Source: the human T2T-CHM13v2.0 reference genome, Homo sapiens
Length of the DNA stretch: 64,000 nt
Direction: 5' to 3' (one strand)
Assembly: GCF_009914755.1 (NCBI RefSeq)
Contig: NC_060935.1
Shown: in pieces, positions 28,909 through 41,199 of the stretch
How the letters are laid out: each line of letters starts with the position of its first letter
Position numbering within the stretch: the stretch's first letter is position 1
Made by a program: the position numbers and the translations under genes
Notes under the pieces: model-generated
The model's database searches: none
What the model saw: only the letters and a program-made list of their open reading frames with translations
What the model was told of the DNA's origin: nothing

Positions 28909-29139
28909 CTAGCCATTTTACCTCTTCTCTAATGGGGGCTTTTTGTGTCTCATCAGGAACTTAGTTTGCATCGGTACTGCCTTAAGGCTAAGGAGGATAG
29001 GGGCACAACTTTCAGAGATGTCTGGGAATACACACCCATCTTCCCACCCAACAGCAACTCTCAACCTCAGTGTAAGCCCAAGTAGGTCAGGAGGTAAAGT
29101 TTTTGTACAATTTTTACCCTGTGGATGATTTTTGAGTAC

Positions 29140-29360
29140 TCATGATCTTCAGAGATTGTGCTAAATACTTTTCAAGTACATTCTGTTTAACTCTCAGAGC
29201 CATATGAGGTATATACTATTATTATCTCAATTTTGTAGGTGAGTGAACTGAGGCATAGAGTTATTCTGTAACTCACTCAAGGTTATACAGCCACAAGGAT
29301 TGGGTTCCAAATTTGTACCCAGGCAGTTAAAATGTAGAGTCTGCTCTTAAGTACTATGCT
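29140..29360 (-). mobile_element. MIR
   Basis: attttgtaggtgagtgaactgaggcatagag...tcaaggttatacagcc core. Confidence 0.85.
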
Positions 29361-29439
29361 AAAAATATAATTGGCAAAATTAAAATGTAAATAAAAACTG
29401 AAAAACAATATTTTAATATATATAATGTATTATCACCCT

Positions 29440-29927
29440 TAGAATGTAAAGAATTAGAAAGAACAGGAAGATGCATTTTATGACAGAATTTTAAAAGCTA
29501 ATAAGCATGTTAAAAAGCTCAACCTAAATGAGTAAAATGTGTGTGTATGTGTGTTATGTAGCAAACTGGCAAATTTTAAAAAAATAGTAATATATACTAT
29601 TGGCCAATATGTAAGGAAAACTTCCAAATTCATAAACCATAACTATACAAAATGTTCCTCATCTTTGGAAGAAACTTGTCATTAAAATTGCCTATCCTTT
29701 GCTCTGATAACTTTAAAATTAAGATTTTATCCCAAGAAAATCACTGTGGATGTGTACTGAGATTTATCTATAGGGATGATCATTACAACATTGCTTATTA
29801 TAATACTGAAAAATAAACCTTAAATGTCAAATATTAGAGGTGGTTAAATAAACACCTAAATGATAGATATTATTGATCATTAATAAATGGTATGATGAAA
29901 GAACAGCAACATAGAAAGGTTTATAAT
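29440..29927 (+). mobile_element. L1ME 3' fragment (outermost host; resumes at ~38391-38630)
   Basis: Degraded L1M ORF2-end motifs; similar gaaaggtttataat / gaaaaggttatgat flank the inner stack. Confidence 0.55.
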
Positions 29928-31175
29928 TGGAAAAACTGGATAGTCATATGCAAATGAATGAGATGGGATTTTATCTTATACTATACATAAAAATCAACAT
30001 AAAATAAATTCAAAAGATTTAAATGTAAAACCTGAAACTGTAAAACTCCTAGAAGAAAACACAGGGAAAAATCTTCAACACTGGCTTTGGCAAGGATTTC
30101 CTGGATGATGATGACAGAAGTATATTAAATATTAAACAAAAACAAAAATAGACAAGTGGGACTACATTAAACTTAAAAGGTTTGTATGGCAAAGAAAATA
30201 AGATAAAAAGACAACCTACAGAATGGGAGAAAATATTTGCAAGCCATATACCTGATAAGGGGTTAATACCCAGGATATATAAAGAATTCATATAATTCAA
30301 TAACTGAAAAACAGGACAAAGGCACTTAATAGACATTTTTTCAAAGACTACATACAAATGGCCAACTGTTATATGAAAATGTGCTCAATATTACTGATCA
30401 GAGAAATACAAATCAAAATCACAAGAAGATATCACTCTAAGATTTCAAAAAGATATCACTGTTAGGATGGCTATTATTAAAAAAAAAGATAACAAATGTT
30501 GGGAAGAATGTGGTGAAAAGAGCACCCTTGTACACTTTTGGTGGGAATGTAAATTGCTGTAGTCACTATGAAAAACTGTATGCTGGTTCCTCAAAAAGTT
30601 TAAAATAGAGCTACCCTATAATCCAGTAATCCAACTTTTGGATACATTAATATATTTAAAAGAAATGAAGACAGGATTTCAAAGAGATAGCTGAACTCCC
30701 ATGTTCGTTGCAGCATTATCCACAATAGCCAAAATATAAAAGCAACCTTAATGTCTGTCAATGGATGAATGAAAAAAATATATATATATAGATATATATG
30801 CACACACACACACATACATATACACACACACTTGAATGTGAAATATGTTTTTAACATATATACACACATACATAAGTGATTCAGCTATAAAAAAAAAAGG
30901 AAATCCTGCCATTTGTAACATGTACGGACACAGAGGACATTATGCCAATTGAAATAAACCAGACTCAGAAGGATAAATACTATGTGAACAACTCATATTA
31001 TGAATTTAAAGTAGTCAAATTCATAAAATCACACAGTGGAATCATTGCCAAGAGCTGAGAAAAAAAAAAGGAAATATTCATTAAAAGGTACAAAGTTTTA
31101 GTTACACAAGATGAGTAAGTTCTAGGAATCTACTGTACCAAACAGCGCCTATAGTTGACAATGTGGTATTTTATA
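29928..31175 (+). mobile_element. L1MA/L1MB ORF2 end and 3'UTR (left part; split by Tigger2)
   Basis: ORF2 motifs (acaacctacagaatgggagaaaatatttgc); 3'UTR stops at TA before the Tigger2 TIR. Confidence 0.88.
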
Positions 31176-31579
31176 GAGTTGACCATTGAACAACATGGAT
31201 TTGAGCTTCATGGGCACATTAATACTCAAATTATTTTCAATAAATATATTGGAAAATTTTTTGAAGATTTGCAAAAATTTGAAAAACCTGGCAGAAAAAC
31301 TGCATAGCCTGGAAATATTGAGAAAATTAAGAAAAAGTTAGATATGCCATGAATGCATGAAACATATATAGATAGTAGTCTATTTTATCATTTACTACCA
31401 TAAAATATACACAAACATAAAAAGTTAAAATTTATCAAAACGTATGACACAAACTTATGGATGGTACATGATGCCATTCTCAGTTGAGGAAAATGTAAAC
31501 AAATGTAAAGATGCAGTATTAAGTCATAACTGCATAAAATTAATACATACTGTACCACTGTAATAATTTCATAGCCACT

Positions 31580-31933
31580 CACATATACACCATGGAATAC
31601 TATACAGCCATAAAAAGTGATGAGTTCATGTCCTTTGTAGGGACATGGATGAAGCTGGAAACCATCATTCTCAGCAAACTATTGCAAGGACACAAAACAA
31701 AACACCGCATGTTCTCACTCATAGGTGGGAATTGAACAATGAGGACACATGGACACAGGAAGGGGAACATCACACACCAGGGCCTGTTGCGGGGAGGGAT
31801 AGCATTAGGAGATATACCTAATGCTAAATGACAAGTTAATGGGTGTAGCACACCAACATGGTACATGTATACATATGTAACAAACCTGCACGTTGTGCAC
31901 ATGTACCCTAAAACTTAAAGTATAATAAAAAAA
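31580..31933 (+). mobile_element. Young L1PA (PA3-5-like) 3' end nested in Tigger2
   Basis: L1PA 3'UTR and A tail; TSD AATTTCATAGCCAC at 31565-31578 and 31934-31947. Confidence 0.96.
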
Positions 31934-32134
31934 AATTTCATAGCCACCTCCTGTTGCTTTTGGAGTGAGCTCAACTGTTGCCAGTATCTGCTTAAAATGC
32001 TGTGTGATGCTAATCATCTCCACATGAGCAGTTCTTCTCTCCAGTAAGTTGAGTATCACAGCAAAAAGATTTCTGGCAGTTCTCATGTATTTTTCATTGT
32101 GCTTATTGTAATACCATAAACTTTGAATAACACC

Positions 32135-32985
32135 ATGGGACCCATACAAAGTACAACTAATGATGTTGAAATTGCTCCCAAGAAGCCACGGCATTACAAG
32201 AAAAAGTTAAATTACTTGATATGTACCATATAATGAGGTCTGAAGCTGCAGTTGCCTGCCATTTCAATGTAAATGAATCCAGTTTAAGAATGATTATTAA
32301 AAAAAGAAACTTTGTGATGCCTTCATTGCAGCTAATGCCAGCAGGTCCAAAAACCTGACATTTTTATGAAATATCTTCTTATCTGTTATTGAAAATGTAG
32401 CATTTATGTGGGTAAAGGATTGCTGCAAAAAAAGGCTTAACTATAGGGTATAATATGTTTTGGGGAAAAGCAAAGTCAATACATGACAACTTAAATCAAA
32501 AAGAAAATAACAGATCTAGAGCTGAAGAATTTAATGCCAGCAAAGGATGGTTTGATAATTTTAGAGAGGTTTGGCATTAAAAAAATTGTCAAGCTAACAG
32601 GAGAAGCAGCTTCTGCTTACCAAGAGGCAGTAGATGAGCTCCCAGAAGCCATTAAGAAAATCATTAAGGAGAAAGGATATCTGTCTGAACAGGTTTTAAT
32701 TCAGACAAAAGTGTCCTATTCCGGGAGGAAAAAAGTCAAAAACATTTATTAGTAAGGAAGAGAATTGAGCACCACTATTTAAGGTAGGAAGGGATAAGCT
32801 AACTCTACTGCTTAGTGCAAATACAGTCAGATGTGTATTTAGGACTGCCCTTATCTCTAAAGCTGTGAACCCCAGAACCTCGAACGGAAAATACAAAAAC
32901 AGCTATCAGTCTTTTGATTGTACAAGAAGACCTGCACAACAAGAACCTCTTTTCTGGACTACTTCTATTGATGCTTTGTCTGGAA
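32135..32985 (+). pseudogene. Decayed Tigger2 (pogo/CENP-B-like DDE) transposase
   Basis: ORF 32534-32752 contains KLTGEAASAYQEAVDELPEAIKKIIKEKGYLSEQV; frameshifts and stops; truncated by L1. Confidence 0.85.
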
Positions 32986-33105
32986 ATTCTGCTGGAAAAA
33001 AAAAAAGAAAAAAAAAAAACTAGACTGAACCTATGACTGTACAACTGATTGGGGTACCTGAAACAGATAGGGAGAATGGAACCAAGTTGGAAAACACACT
33101 GAATA

Positions 33106-33216
33106 TCTCTGCATTTCCTGAATTTGAATATTGGCCTGTCTTGCCAATATTCAAGTGGAAAACACACTTGAATATTGGCAAGACAGGCCAATATTCAAAT
33201 TCAGGAAATGCAGAGA
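33106..33216. repeat. Perfect inverted repeat, 52-bp arms, 7-nt loop
   Basis: 33106-33157 is the exact reverse complement of 33165-33216; loop GAAAACA. Confidence 0.97.
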
Positions 33217-36200
33217 ACCCTAGTAAGATACTTCACAAGAAGGTCATCCTCAGGACACAAAATCAAATTCTTCTAGGTCTATATGGAAAAAAAAAAGAAG
33301 TTAAAGGCAGCTAGAGAGAAAGGTCAGATCATCCACAAAAAGAAAGTCATTAGACTAACAGCAGACCTCTCAGCAGAAACCCTACAAACCAGAAGAGATT
33401 GGGGGCCAATGTTCAACATTCTTAAAGAAAAGAATTTCCAGCCCAAAATTTCATAACTGACCAAACTAAGCTTCATAAGCGAAGGAGAAATAAGATCCTT
33501 TTCAGATAAGCAAATACTGAGGGAATTTGTCACAGCAGGTCTGCCTTAAAAGAGTTCCTGAAGGAAGCACTAAATATGGAAAGGAAACACCATTACCAGC
33601 CACTAAAAAAAAAACACACTGAAATACAAAGACCAGTGACACTATGACACAACCACATAAAGAAGTCTAGACCAGCTAGAATCATGACAGGATCAAGTGT
33701 ACATGTAATAATACTAACTTTAAATGTAAATGGGATAAATGCTCCAATTAAAAGACACAGAATGGCAAGCCAGATAAAGAGCCAAGACTTATCAGTATGC
33801 TGTCTTCAAGAGACCCATCTCACATGCAAAAACACACATATGCTCAAAATATAGGGATGGAGGAAAATTTACCAAGCAAAGGGAAAACAGAAAAAAGCAG
33901 AGGTCACCATCCTACTTTCTTAAAAAACAGAATTTAAACCAACAAAGATCAAAAAGACAAAGAATGATATTACATAGTTGTAAAGGGTTAAATTCAATAA
34001 GAACTTATTATCATAAATATATGTGTACCCAATACAGTAGCACCCAGATTCATAAAGCAAGTTCTTGGAGACCTACAAAGACACTTAGACTCTCACACAA
34101 TAATAGTGGAAGACTTTAACACCCCACTGACTATATTAGACAGATCATTGAAACAAAAAATTAACAAATATATTCAGAACCTGAACTCAGCTCTGAATCA
34201 AGTGGATCTGATATATACAGAACTCTTCACCCAAAAAGAGAATATACAGTCTTCTCATTGTCACATGGCACTTACTCTAAAGTTGATCAAATAATCAGAA
34301 GTAAAACACTCCTCAGCAAATGCAAAAGAGCTAAAATCATAAACAGTGTCTCAGACCACAGTGCAATCAAATTAGATCTCAAGATTAAGAAATTCACTCA
34401 AAACCATACAACTTCATGGAAACTGAACAACCTGCTCCTGATTGACTCTTGGGTAAATAGTGAAATTAAGTCAGAAATCAAGAAATTCTTTGAAACTAAT
34501 GAGAACAGAGACAACGTAACAGAATCTCTGGGATACAGCTAAAGCAGGATTAACAGGGGTATTTATATCAATCAATGCCCACATCAAAGAGCTAAAATGA
34601 TCTCAGGTTAACAACCTAACATCACAACTAAAAGTACTGGAGAACCAAGAGCAAACACCAAAGCTAGCAGAAGAAAAAAAAAATAACCAAGATCAGAGCT
34701 AAACTGAAGTAGACAGAGACATGAAAACCCCTTCAAAAAAACTCAGTGAATCCAGGAGGTTGCTTTTTGAAAAAATTAATAAAACAGATAGTCTTCTAGC
34801 TAGACTAATAAAGAAAAGAAAGAATCAAACAGAACCAGAAATTATAGGGGGCATATCACCACTGACCCCAAAGAAACACAAAGAATCACCAGAGAATACG
34901 ATAAACACCTCACGTAAACTAGAAAATCTAGAAGAACTGTATAAATTCTTGGACAAGAACCCCTCCCAAGACTGAATCAGGAAGAAATTGAATCCCTGAA
35001 TAAGCCAGTAATAATTTATGAAATTGAGGCAGCATAAAATAGCCTACCAATCAAAAAAAAAAAAGAAGCCCAGGACCAGATGGATTCACAGCTGAATTTT
35101 ACCAGAGGTACAAAGAAGAGATGATACTATTTCTATTGAAACTATTCTTAAAAAACGAAAAGGAGGGATTCCTCTCTAACTCATTCTATGAGGGCAGCAT
35201 CATCCTGATACCAAAACCAGTCAGAAATAAATACAAAAAAAAAAAAAAAAGAAAAAAAGAAAACTTCAGGCCATTATCCTTGATGAATATCAATGATGCA
35301 AAAATCCTTAATAAAATACTGGTAAACCGAATTCAGCAGCACATTAAAAAGCTCATCCACCATGATAAAGTTGGCTTCATTCACAGGATGCAAGGTTGAT
35401 TCAACATACACAAATCAATAAATGTGATTCATCACATAAACCGAACTAAAGACAAAAACCACATGATTATCTCAATAGATGCAGAAAAGGCCTTTGATAA
35501 AATTCAACGTCTTCATGTTAAAAAAAACTTTCAATAAACTAGATATTAAAGGAACATGCCTCAAAATAATAAGAACCAAATATGACAAACCCACAGTCAA
35601 TATCATATTGAATGGACAAAAGCTGGAAGTATTTCCCTTGAAAACTGGCACAAGAAAAGGATGCCCTCTCTTATCATTCCTATTCAACATAGTATTGGAA
35701 GTCCTGGGCAGGGCAATCAGGCAAAAGAAATAAAGCATATTAAAATAGGAAGAAAGGAAGTCGAATTATCTTTCTTTGCAGATGACATGATCCTATATCT
35801 AGATAACCCCATCATCTCAGACCAAAAGCTTAAGCTGATAAGCAACTTCAGAAAAGTCTCAAGATACAAAATCAATGTCCAAAAATCGCTAGCATTCTTA
35901 TAGACCAACAACAGGGAAGCAGAGAGCCAAATCGTGAATGAACTCTCATTCACAATTGCTATAAAGAGAATAAAATACCTAGGTATACAGCTACCAAGGG
36001 AAGTGAAGGATCTCTTCAAGGAGAACTAAAAACCACTCCTCAAAGAAATCAGAGAGGACATAAACAAATGGAAAAATATTTTATGCTCATGGATAGGAAG
36101 AATCAACATCATGAAAATGGCCATACTGCCCAAAGTAATATAGTGATTCAGTGCTATTTCCATTAAACTACTACTGACATTCTTCACAGAATTAGAAAAA

Positions 36201-36850
36201 ACAATAATTTTAAAATTTATATGGAACCAAATGAGAGCCTGAATAGCCAAGATAATCCTAAGCAAAAAGAACAAATCTGGAAGCATCATGCTACCCAACT
36301 TCAAACTATACTACAAGGCTACAGTAACCAAAACAGCCAGGTACCGGTACAAGAACAGAAATGTAGACCAATGGAACAGAATATAGAACTCAGAAATAAG
36401 ATCACACACCTACAACCATCTGATCTTTGACAAATTTGACAAAAACAAGCAATAGGGAAAGGATTCCCTATTTAATAAATGGTGCTAGGAGAACTGGCTA
36501 GCCATATGCAGAAAATTGAAACTGGACCCCTTCCTCACACCACATATAAAAATTAACTCAAGATTGATTAAAGGCTTAAATGTAAAACCCAAAACTGTAA
36601 AACACTAGAAGAAAATCTAGGCAATACCATTCAAGATATAGGCATTTTGACAAAAATGCCAAAAATAGCAACAAAAGCAAAAGTTGACAAATGGGATCTA
36701 CTTAAAGACCTTCTGCACAGCAAAATTGTGTATCATCAGAGTGAACAGACTACCTACAGAATGGGAGAAAATTTTTGCAATTTGTCCATCTGACAAAAGT
36801 CTAATATCCAGAGTCTACAAGGAATTTAAATTTACTAGGAAAAAAAACAA

Positions 36851-37208
36851 CATATATATACCATGGAATGCTATGTAGTCATAAAAAATAATGAGTTCAT
36901 GTCCTTTGCAGGGACATGGATGAAGCTGGAAACCATCATTCTCAGCAAACTAACACAGGAACAGAAAACCAAACATCGCATATTCTCACTCATAAGTGGG
37001 AGTTGAACAATGAGAAAACACGAGCACATGGAGGGTGGTGGGGGTCAAGGAGAGGGAGAGCATTAGGACAAATACCTAATGCATTAGGGGCTTAAAACCT
37101 AAATAATGGGTTGACAGGTGCAGCAAACCACCATGGCACATGTATACCTATGTAACAAACCTGCACTTTCTGCACATGTATCCCAGAACTTCAAGTAAAA
37201 TAATAAAA
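36851..37208 (+). mobile_element. L1PA (PA8-11-like) 3' end nested in the older L1
   Basis: 3'UTR (ggacaaatacctaatgca...tatcccagaactt) interrupts ORF2, which resumes at ~37220 (aacaatcccattaaaaagtggg). Confidence 0.88.
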
Positions 37209-37503
37209 CTACTTTCCTCAAAAAATAACAACAATCCCATTAAAAAGTGGGCAAAGGACATAAACAGACACTTCTCTAAAGAAGACATACGTGTAGCCAA
37301 GAAACATACAAAAAAAAAGCCTCAACCATCACTGATCAATAGAGAAATGCAAATCAAAACCATAATGACATACCGTATCATGCCAGTCAGAACGGCTATT
37401 TAAAAGTCAAAAAACAAAAGATGCTGGAGAGGTTGTGGACAAAAAGGAACACTTTTACCCAGTTGGTGGGAGTGTAAATCAGTTCTATCATTTTGGAAGA
37501 CAG

Positions 37504-37900
37504 TATGATGGTTAATAGAGTGTCAACTTGATTGGATTGAGGAATACAAAGTATTAATCCTGGGTGTGTCTGTGTGGGTGTTGCCAAAACAGATTTGAGT
37601 CAGTGGGCTGGAGAAGGCAGATTCACTCTTAATCTGGTGGGGACAATCTAATCACCTTCCAGCAAATATAAAGCAGGCAGAAAAACATGACAAGGAGAGA
37701 CCTAGGCTCCCAGCCTACACCTTTCTCCTGTGCTGATTGCTTCCTGCCCTTGAACATTGGACTCCAAGTTCTTCAGTCTGGGGACTCAGACTGGCCCTCC
37801 TTGCTCCTCAACTTACAGGCAGCCTAATGTGTGACCTTGTGATCATGTAAATTAATACTTAATAAACTCATATATAGATATGTAATATATATATAATAAC
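37504..37900 (+). mobile_element. MLT2A (HERV-L LTR), 3'-truncated
   Basis: tatgatggttaatagagtgtcaacttgattggattga...cttaataaactc followed by TA-rich tract; terminal segment absent. Confidence 0.9.
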
Positions 37901-37904
37901 TAGT

Positions 37905-38150
37905 AAAAGTATTTTCTTATGGTTTTCTCAATGTTTTGCTTTTTCTCTTTTACTTTATTGTAAGAATACAATACATAATACATACAACATATAAAATATG
38001 TTTTAACCAACTGTTTTTATCCGTAAGGCTTCTTGTCAATGGTAAGATTTTAGTTAAGTTTTTAGAAAGTCAAAGTTACACACAGATGTTTGACTGCATG
38101 GGGCCAGGGGGTTGGCACCCCTAACCCCCATGTTTTCCAAAGTTTAATTA
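37905..38150 (+). mobile_element. Tigger2 right end
   Basis: tactttattgtaagaataca...ggcacccctaacccccatgttttccaa and degenerate right TIR. Confidence 0.85.
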
Positions 38151-38390
38151 TTCATAAAAATTTGCTTTAAAAATATAGCTCTTATATTAAGTGTTCTTAC
38201 CACAAAGTAATGATAAGAAGAAGGCAGGAGGAAGCTTTTGGAGGTGATGGATATATTCATAGCATTGATTGTGGTCATGGTTACACACTGATATGCTTAT
38301 TTCCAAACTCAAATTGTATACATTAAAAATCTGCAGCATTTTGGATTTCAGTCCTACCTCAGTACTGTGGTTTAAAAATAAAAGAAAAAA
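38151..38390 (+). mobile_element. L1MA/L1MB 3'UTR end (right part of 29928-31175)
   Basis: aaaatttgct...taagtgttcttaccac...ggaggtgatggatat...attgtatacattaa and A tail. Confidence 0.82.
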
Positions 38391-39614
38391 AGGGAAAAGG
38401 TTATGATAACATTAAGACAAAAGGCTTGAAAAATGTTATGTACAGTGTAGACTTGTATTCCATATATATATTTATCAGAGTAAGAATGGAAGGATATGTA
38501 CCAATATAACTTTAGTTATAGCTGAATGGTAGAAGTGTGGATGACTTATTTTCTCATTTCTTTTACTTTAAACATTCTATAACAGCATTTATTATTTTTA
38601 CACCTCAAAAATTCTATTAAAATTATTTAAAAAGTCTATTTTGCTCCAAATATAAAATGGACCAATTGCACACCTCATACAAGAGCGGTATGGTTGTTGT
38701 ATAGAGAGAATGGCATGAGTTATTTATGTCCCAGTTACCTGTAGGAAGCCATCCAGCTTCCACTTTGGGGTGGGGCAGCACTCCATCTGGGGTAGCTAAT
38801 TAGTGATGATAGCTATAATCTGTAACTTCACTGCTTTGCTGATTGAAAATCCTTTCTTACCTTGTAGAGTGCCAGTTTGTTTTAGAAACTACACACTTCA
38901 AGGTTATTCTTCTTTAATGAAGGATTTTTACTTTAAAGTCTCATTTATCAAGCAGATTACCAAATAAATTAGAGGAAGGATGGAAGGATGGAAAGACAGA
39001 CGTGTAATTTATTTTAGTATAATGCTCAGACACAAAATGTCTGTATGAGAAAGAATTTTCAAGGATAATTCAACTTCTTCATCATACAAATAAGAAACTT
39101 AAGTTGGAGCAAAGGGAAAACCTCTGGTGTCTTGGCAAGATATGGATTCAGGTAACAAGGAAGCAACTAAAGAAGAGGCCACTTGGAGAAGCTTGTTAAC
39201 CCTGGGCTTATTTTGCAGTATTTTCACTTCTGGGTGGCCTTGAAGGATTTCCATCAATATAATATGATTGTCCTAATGATCAAAGCCATCTTTAAATGCT
39301 TCATTTTTATCTGTAAAGTCGATGTACAGAAAGGCAAAGCTCATACTGAACTGCTGTCTCTTGAAATTTGCCCTCAGTTAAAATTAATACAGACATCTTA
39401 GTGAAACTCAATGGCAACTTGACAGATTTCCTGAAAGTGAAGAACTTACATTTGAAAAAAGAAAAAAAAAACAATATGGAAGACTAAATGCAACTTAAAA
39501 GAAGTAAGACTGAAGACTAGACACAAGAGAAGAAACTTACTCACGGTGTTGTCTGTACACTTCAAAACTGCTAGACAACCTATTCATTGTTGGATGGCTC
39601 CAATTTACAAGAAG

Positions 39615-39830
39615 GAATGAGGTGGAAAGAGCTTAGAACTTGAAGTCCGAGACATATATTGAAATTCTAACTTTTGATTGAGTTGAGTAGGTGACATTAG
39701 TGAACTCCAGCTTCCCTTATGTGTAAAAATGTGGACAACTCTTATTTTATGAGCTATCCATAAAGATTAGAGGAGATGACATATGTAAATGCATATCTTA
39801 ATACATCACAGAAATTGTATAAATACTTCC
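39615..39830 (+). mobile_element. MIR
   Basis: gtggaaagagc start; cagcttcccttatgtgtaaaaatg core. Confidence 0.65.
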
Positions 39831-39869
39831 TTCTTATCTCACTCTATTGGCTCTGCTTCTACCTGAGAG

Positions 39870-40110
39870 CCATTATGGCCCCCAGTAAATATCCTATTCT
39901 CCAGTTCAAAAATCCTGTTTTCAAATATTTTTTACTCCTCATGTTCGGAAGCCTGATCATTTCGGTGGTTCTATATACACACTACAATTTTTCAATGCCC
40001 ATCCTAAACTGTGGGAGCAAAAACTGCCCTCAGTATTCAATCATGGTTGTTCTGAAAAGGAAAGATTAATTGATTCATTCTTAATACAATGCTTTTGATC
40101 AGTGGAGCCT
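39870..40110 (-). mobile_element. L3/CR1 fragment (tentative)
   Basis: aactgtgggagcaaaaactgccctcagtattc resembles the antisense CR1 motif. Confidence 0.4.
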
Positions 40111-40117
40111 CAAATCA

Positions 40118-40119
<2 letters not shown>

Positions 40120-40159
<40 letters not shown>
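40120..40159. repeat. (GT)20 microsatellite
   Basis: Perfect dinucleotide run. Confidence 0.97.
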
Positions 40160-40163
<4 letters not shown>

Positions 40164-41199
40164 CACTGATTCATTGAGGTTAAAAACCTCTAAGACCTTT
40201 TCATGCATAATGTTTATTAATTTTATGTACCAGGTGCGTAATTTTTATGTACCAAGTACTCAGTCCTCTACATGAAGTACTAATTTAATTATCAAAGCAG
40301 TCCAAGGTGGCAGTTACATTACCTCCATTTTATGAATTTTAAGACTAACATACAGAGGTTATTTTCAACTTATTAAGTGAAAGAGATAGGATCTGAGCCT
40401 ATACAACCTAACACCTTCTCAGTAATAAAAGGATAATTAAGATGTCACATAAAGATGACTCATAATCCCTTAGTAAAGGAAAAGAAGCCATTGCTCCTGA
40501 TATGAACATCTGTACAGGCCACCTTATAAACACGTACGTCATAAAACCGAAACCACAAAATTCACAAAGCAGAATCAAAGGCAAGAGTCAAACAATGGGG
40601 AACATATCCTCTAATGACTAGAGCTAGGCTTAGGTAGGGAAAGGAAAAAAGCAAGCAAAGCTTAAACCAAGGTGGTTATGTCTTTTCCATCAACGGGAAC
40701 AAGAGTAGAACCCATTCCCTTCAAGCCACAGGTTTCTACTGAGGTTCCTTGAAGTGGGCCAATAAGTAAAGGAGGAAGAATCTGAACAGACAGAACCTCC
40801 AAGGTTCTAAAACCCAAATTCATTCCCAGGACTCTATCCTCTCTAGTTTCATCACATATTGGGCTTTTTCATAATATTTCATTTGAAAAAGTGGTTGTCC
40901 TATTTTGAAAAGTTTGAAACCACTTGTAGAACAAGCATTTGTTTAGGGGTCAAGAGACCAGTGACCTTATATAATTACCTGTGACCTTGGTCACGACTAG
41001 CACTTTATCTGAACATCAACTTTAACCCTATCTTACGGGGTTATTATGAAAAACAAACAAGATTTAAGAGGAGTGCTTTTAACTATTAATTATAATATTT
41101 AGGACACCAAAACATTAAAATGCTGTGTGAATATGAATGATTTCTATGGCCCATCAGCAAGAGTAATCATTCTTAGCTAAATATAAGAGGCAATAATAT

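Larger units (their letters stand above)
31176..32988 (+). mobile_element. Tigger2 DNA transposon, left part (interrupted by L1PA)
   Basis: TA followed by (C>G)AGTTGACCATTGAACAACATGGATTTGA TIR; transposase remnants. Confidence 0.9.
33020..37503 (+). mobile_element. Older L1PA (PA11-16-like): partial ORF1 plus most of ORF2, decayed
   Basis: ORF1 (LIGVPETDRENGTKLEN), ORF2 ATG at 33684, EN (DFNTPLTILDRS) and RT (FADDMILYL) fragments in several frames. Confidence 0.95.

Noticed and set aside
32534-32752. Domesticated TIGD/CENP-B-like gene
   Set aside because: Short frameshifted remnant inside a TIR-bounded Tigger2 whose catalytic region is truncated
37209-37219. Possible L1 3' transduction (CTACTTTCCTC between A tracts)
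   Set aside because: 11 nt is too short to distinguish from tail decay
33684-37503. Intact L1 ORF2 / active L1
   Set aside because: Many stops and frameshifts, a nested insertion, and no 5'UTR or 3' end
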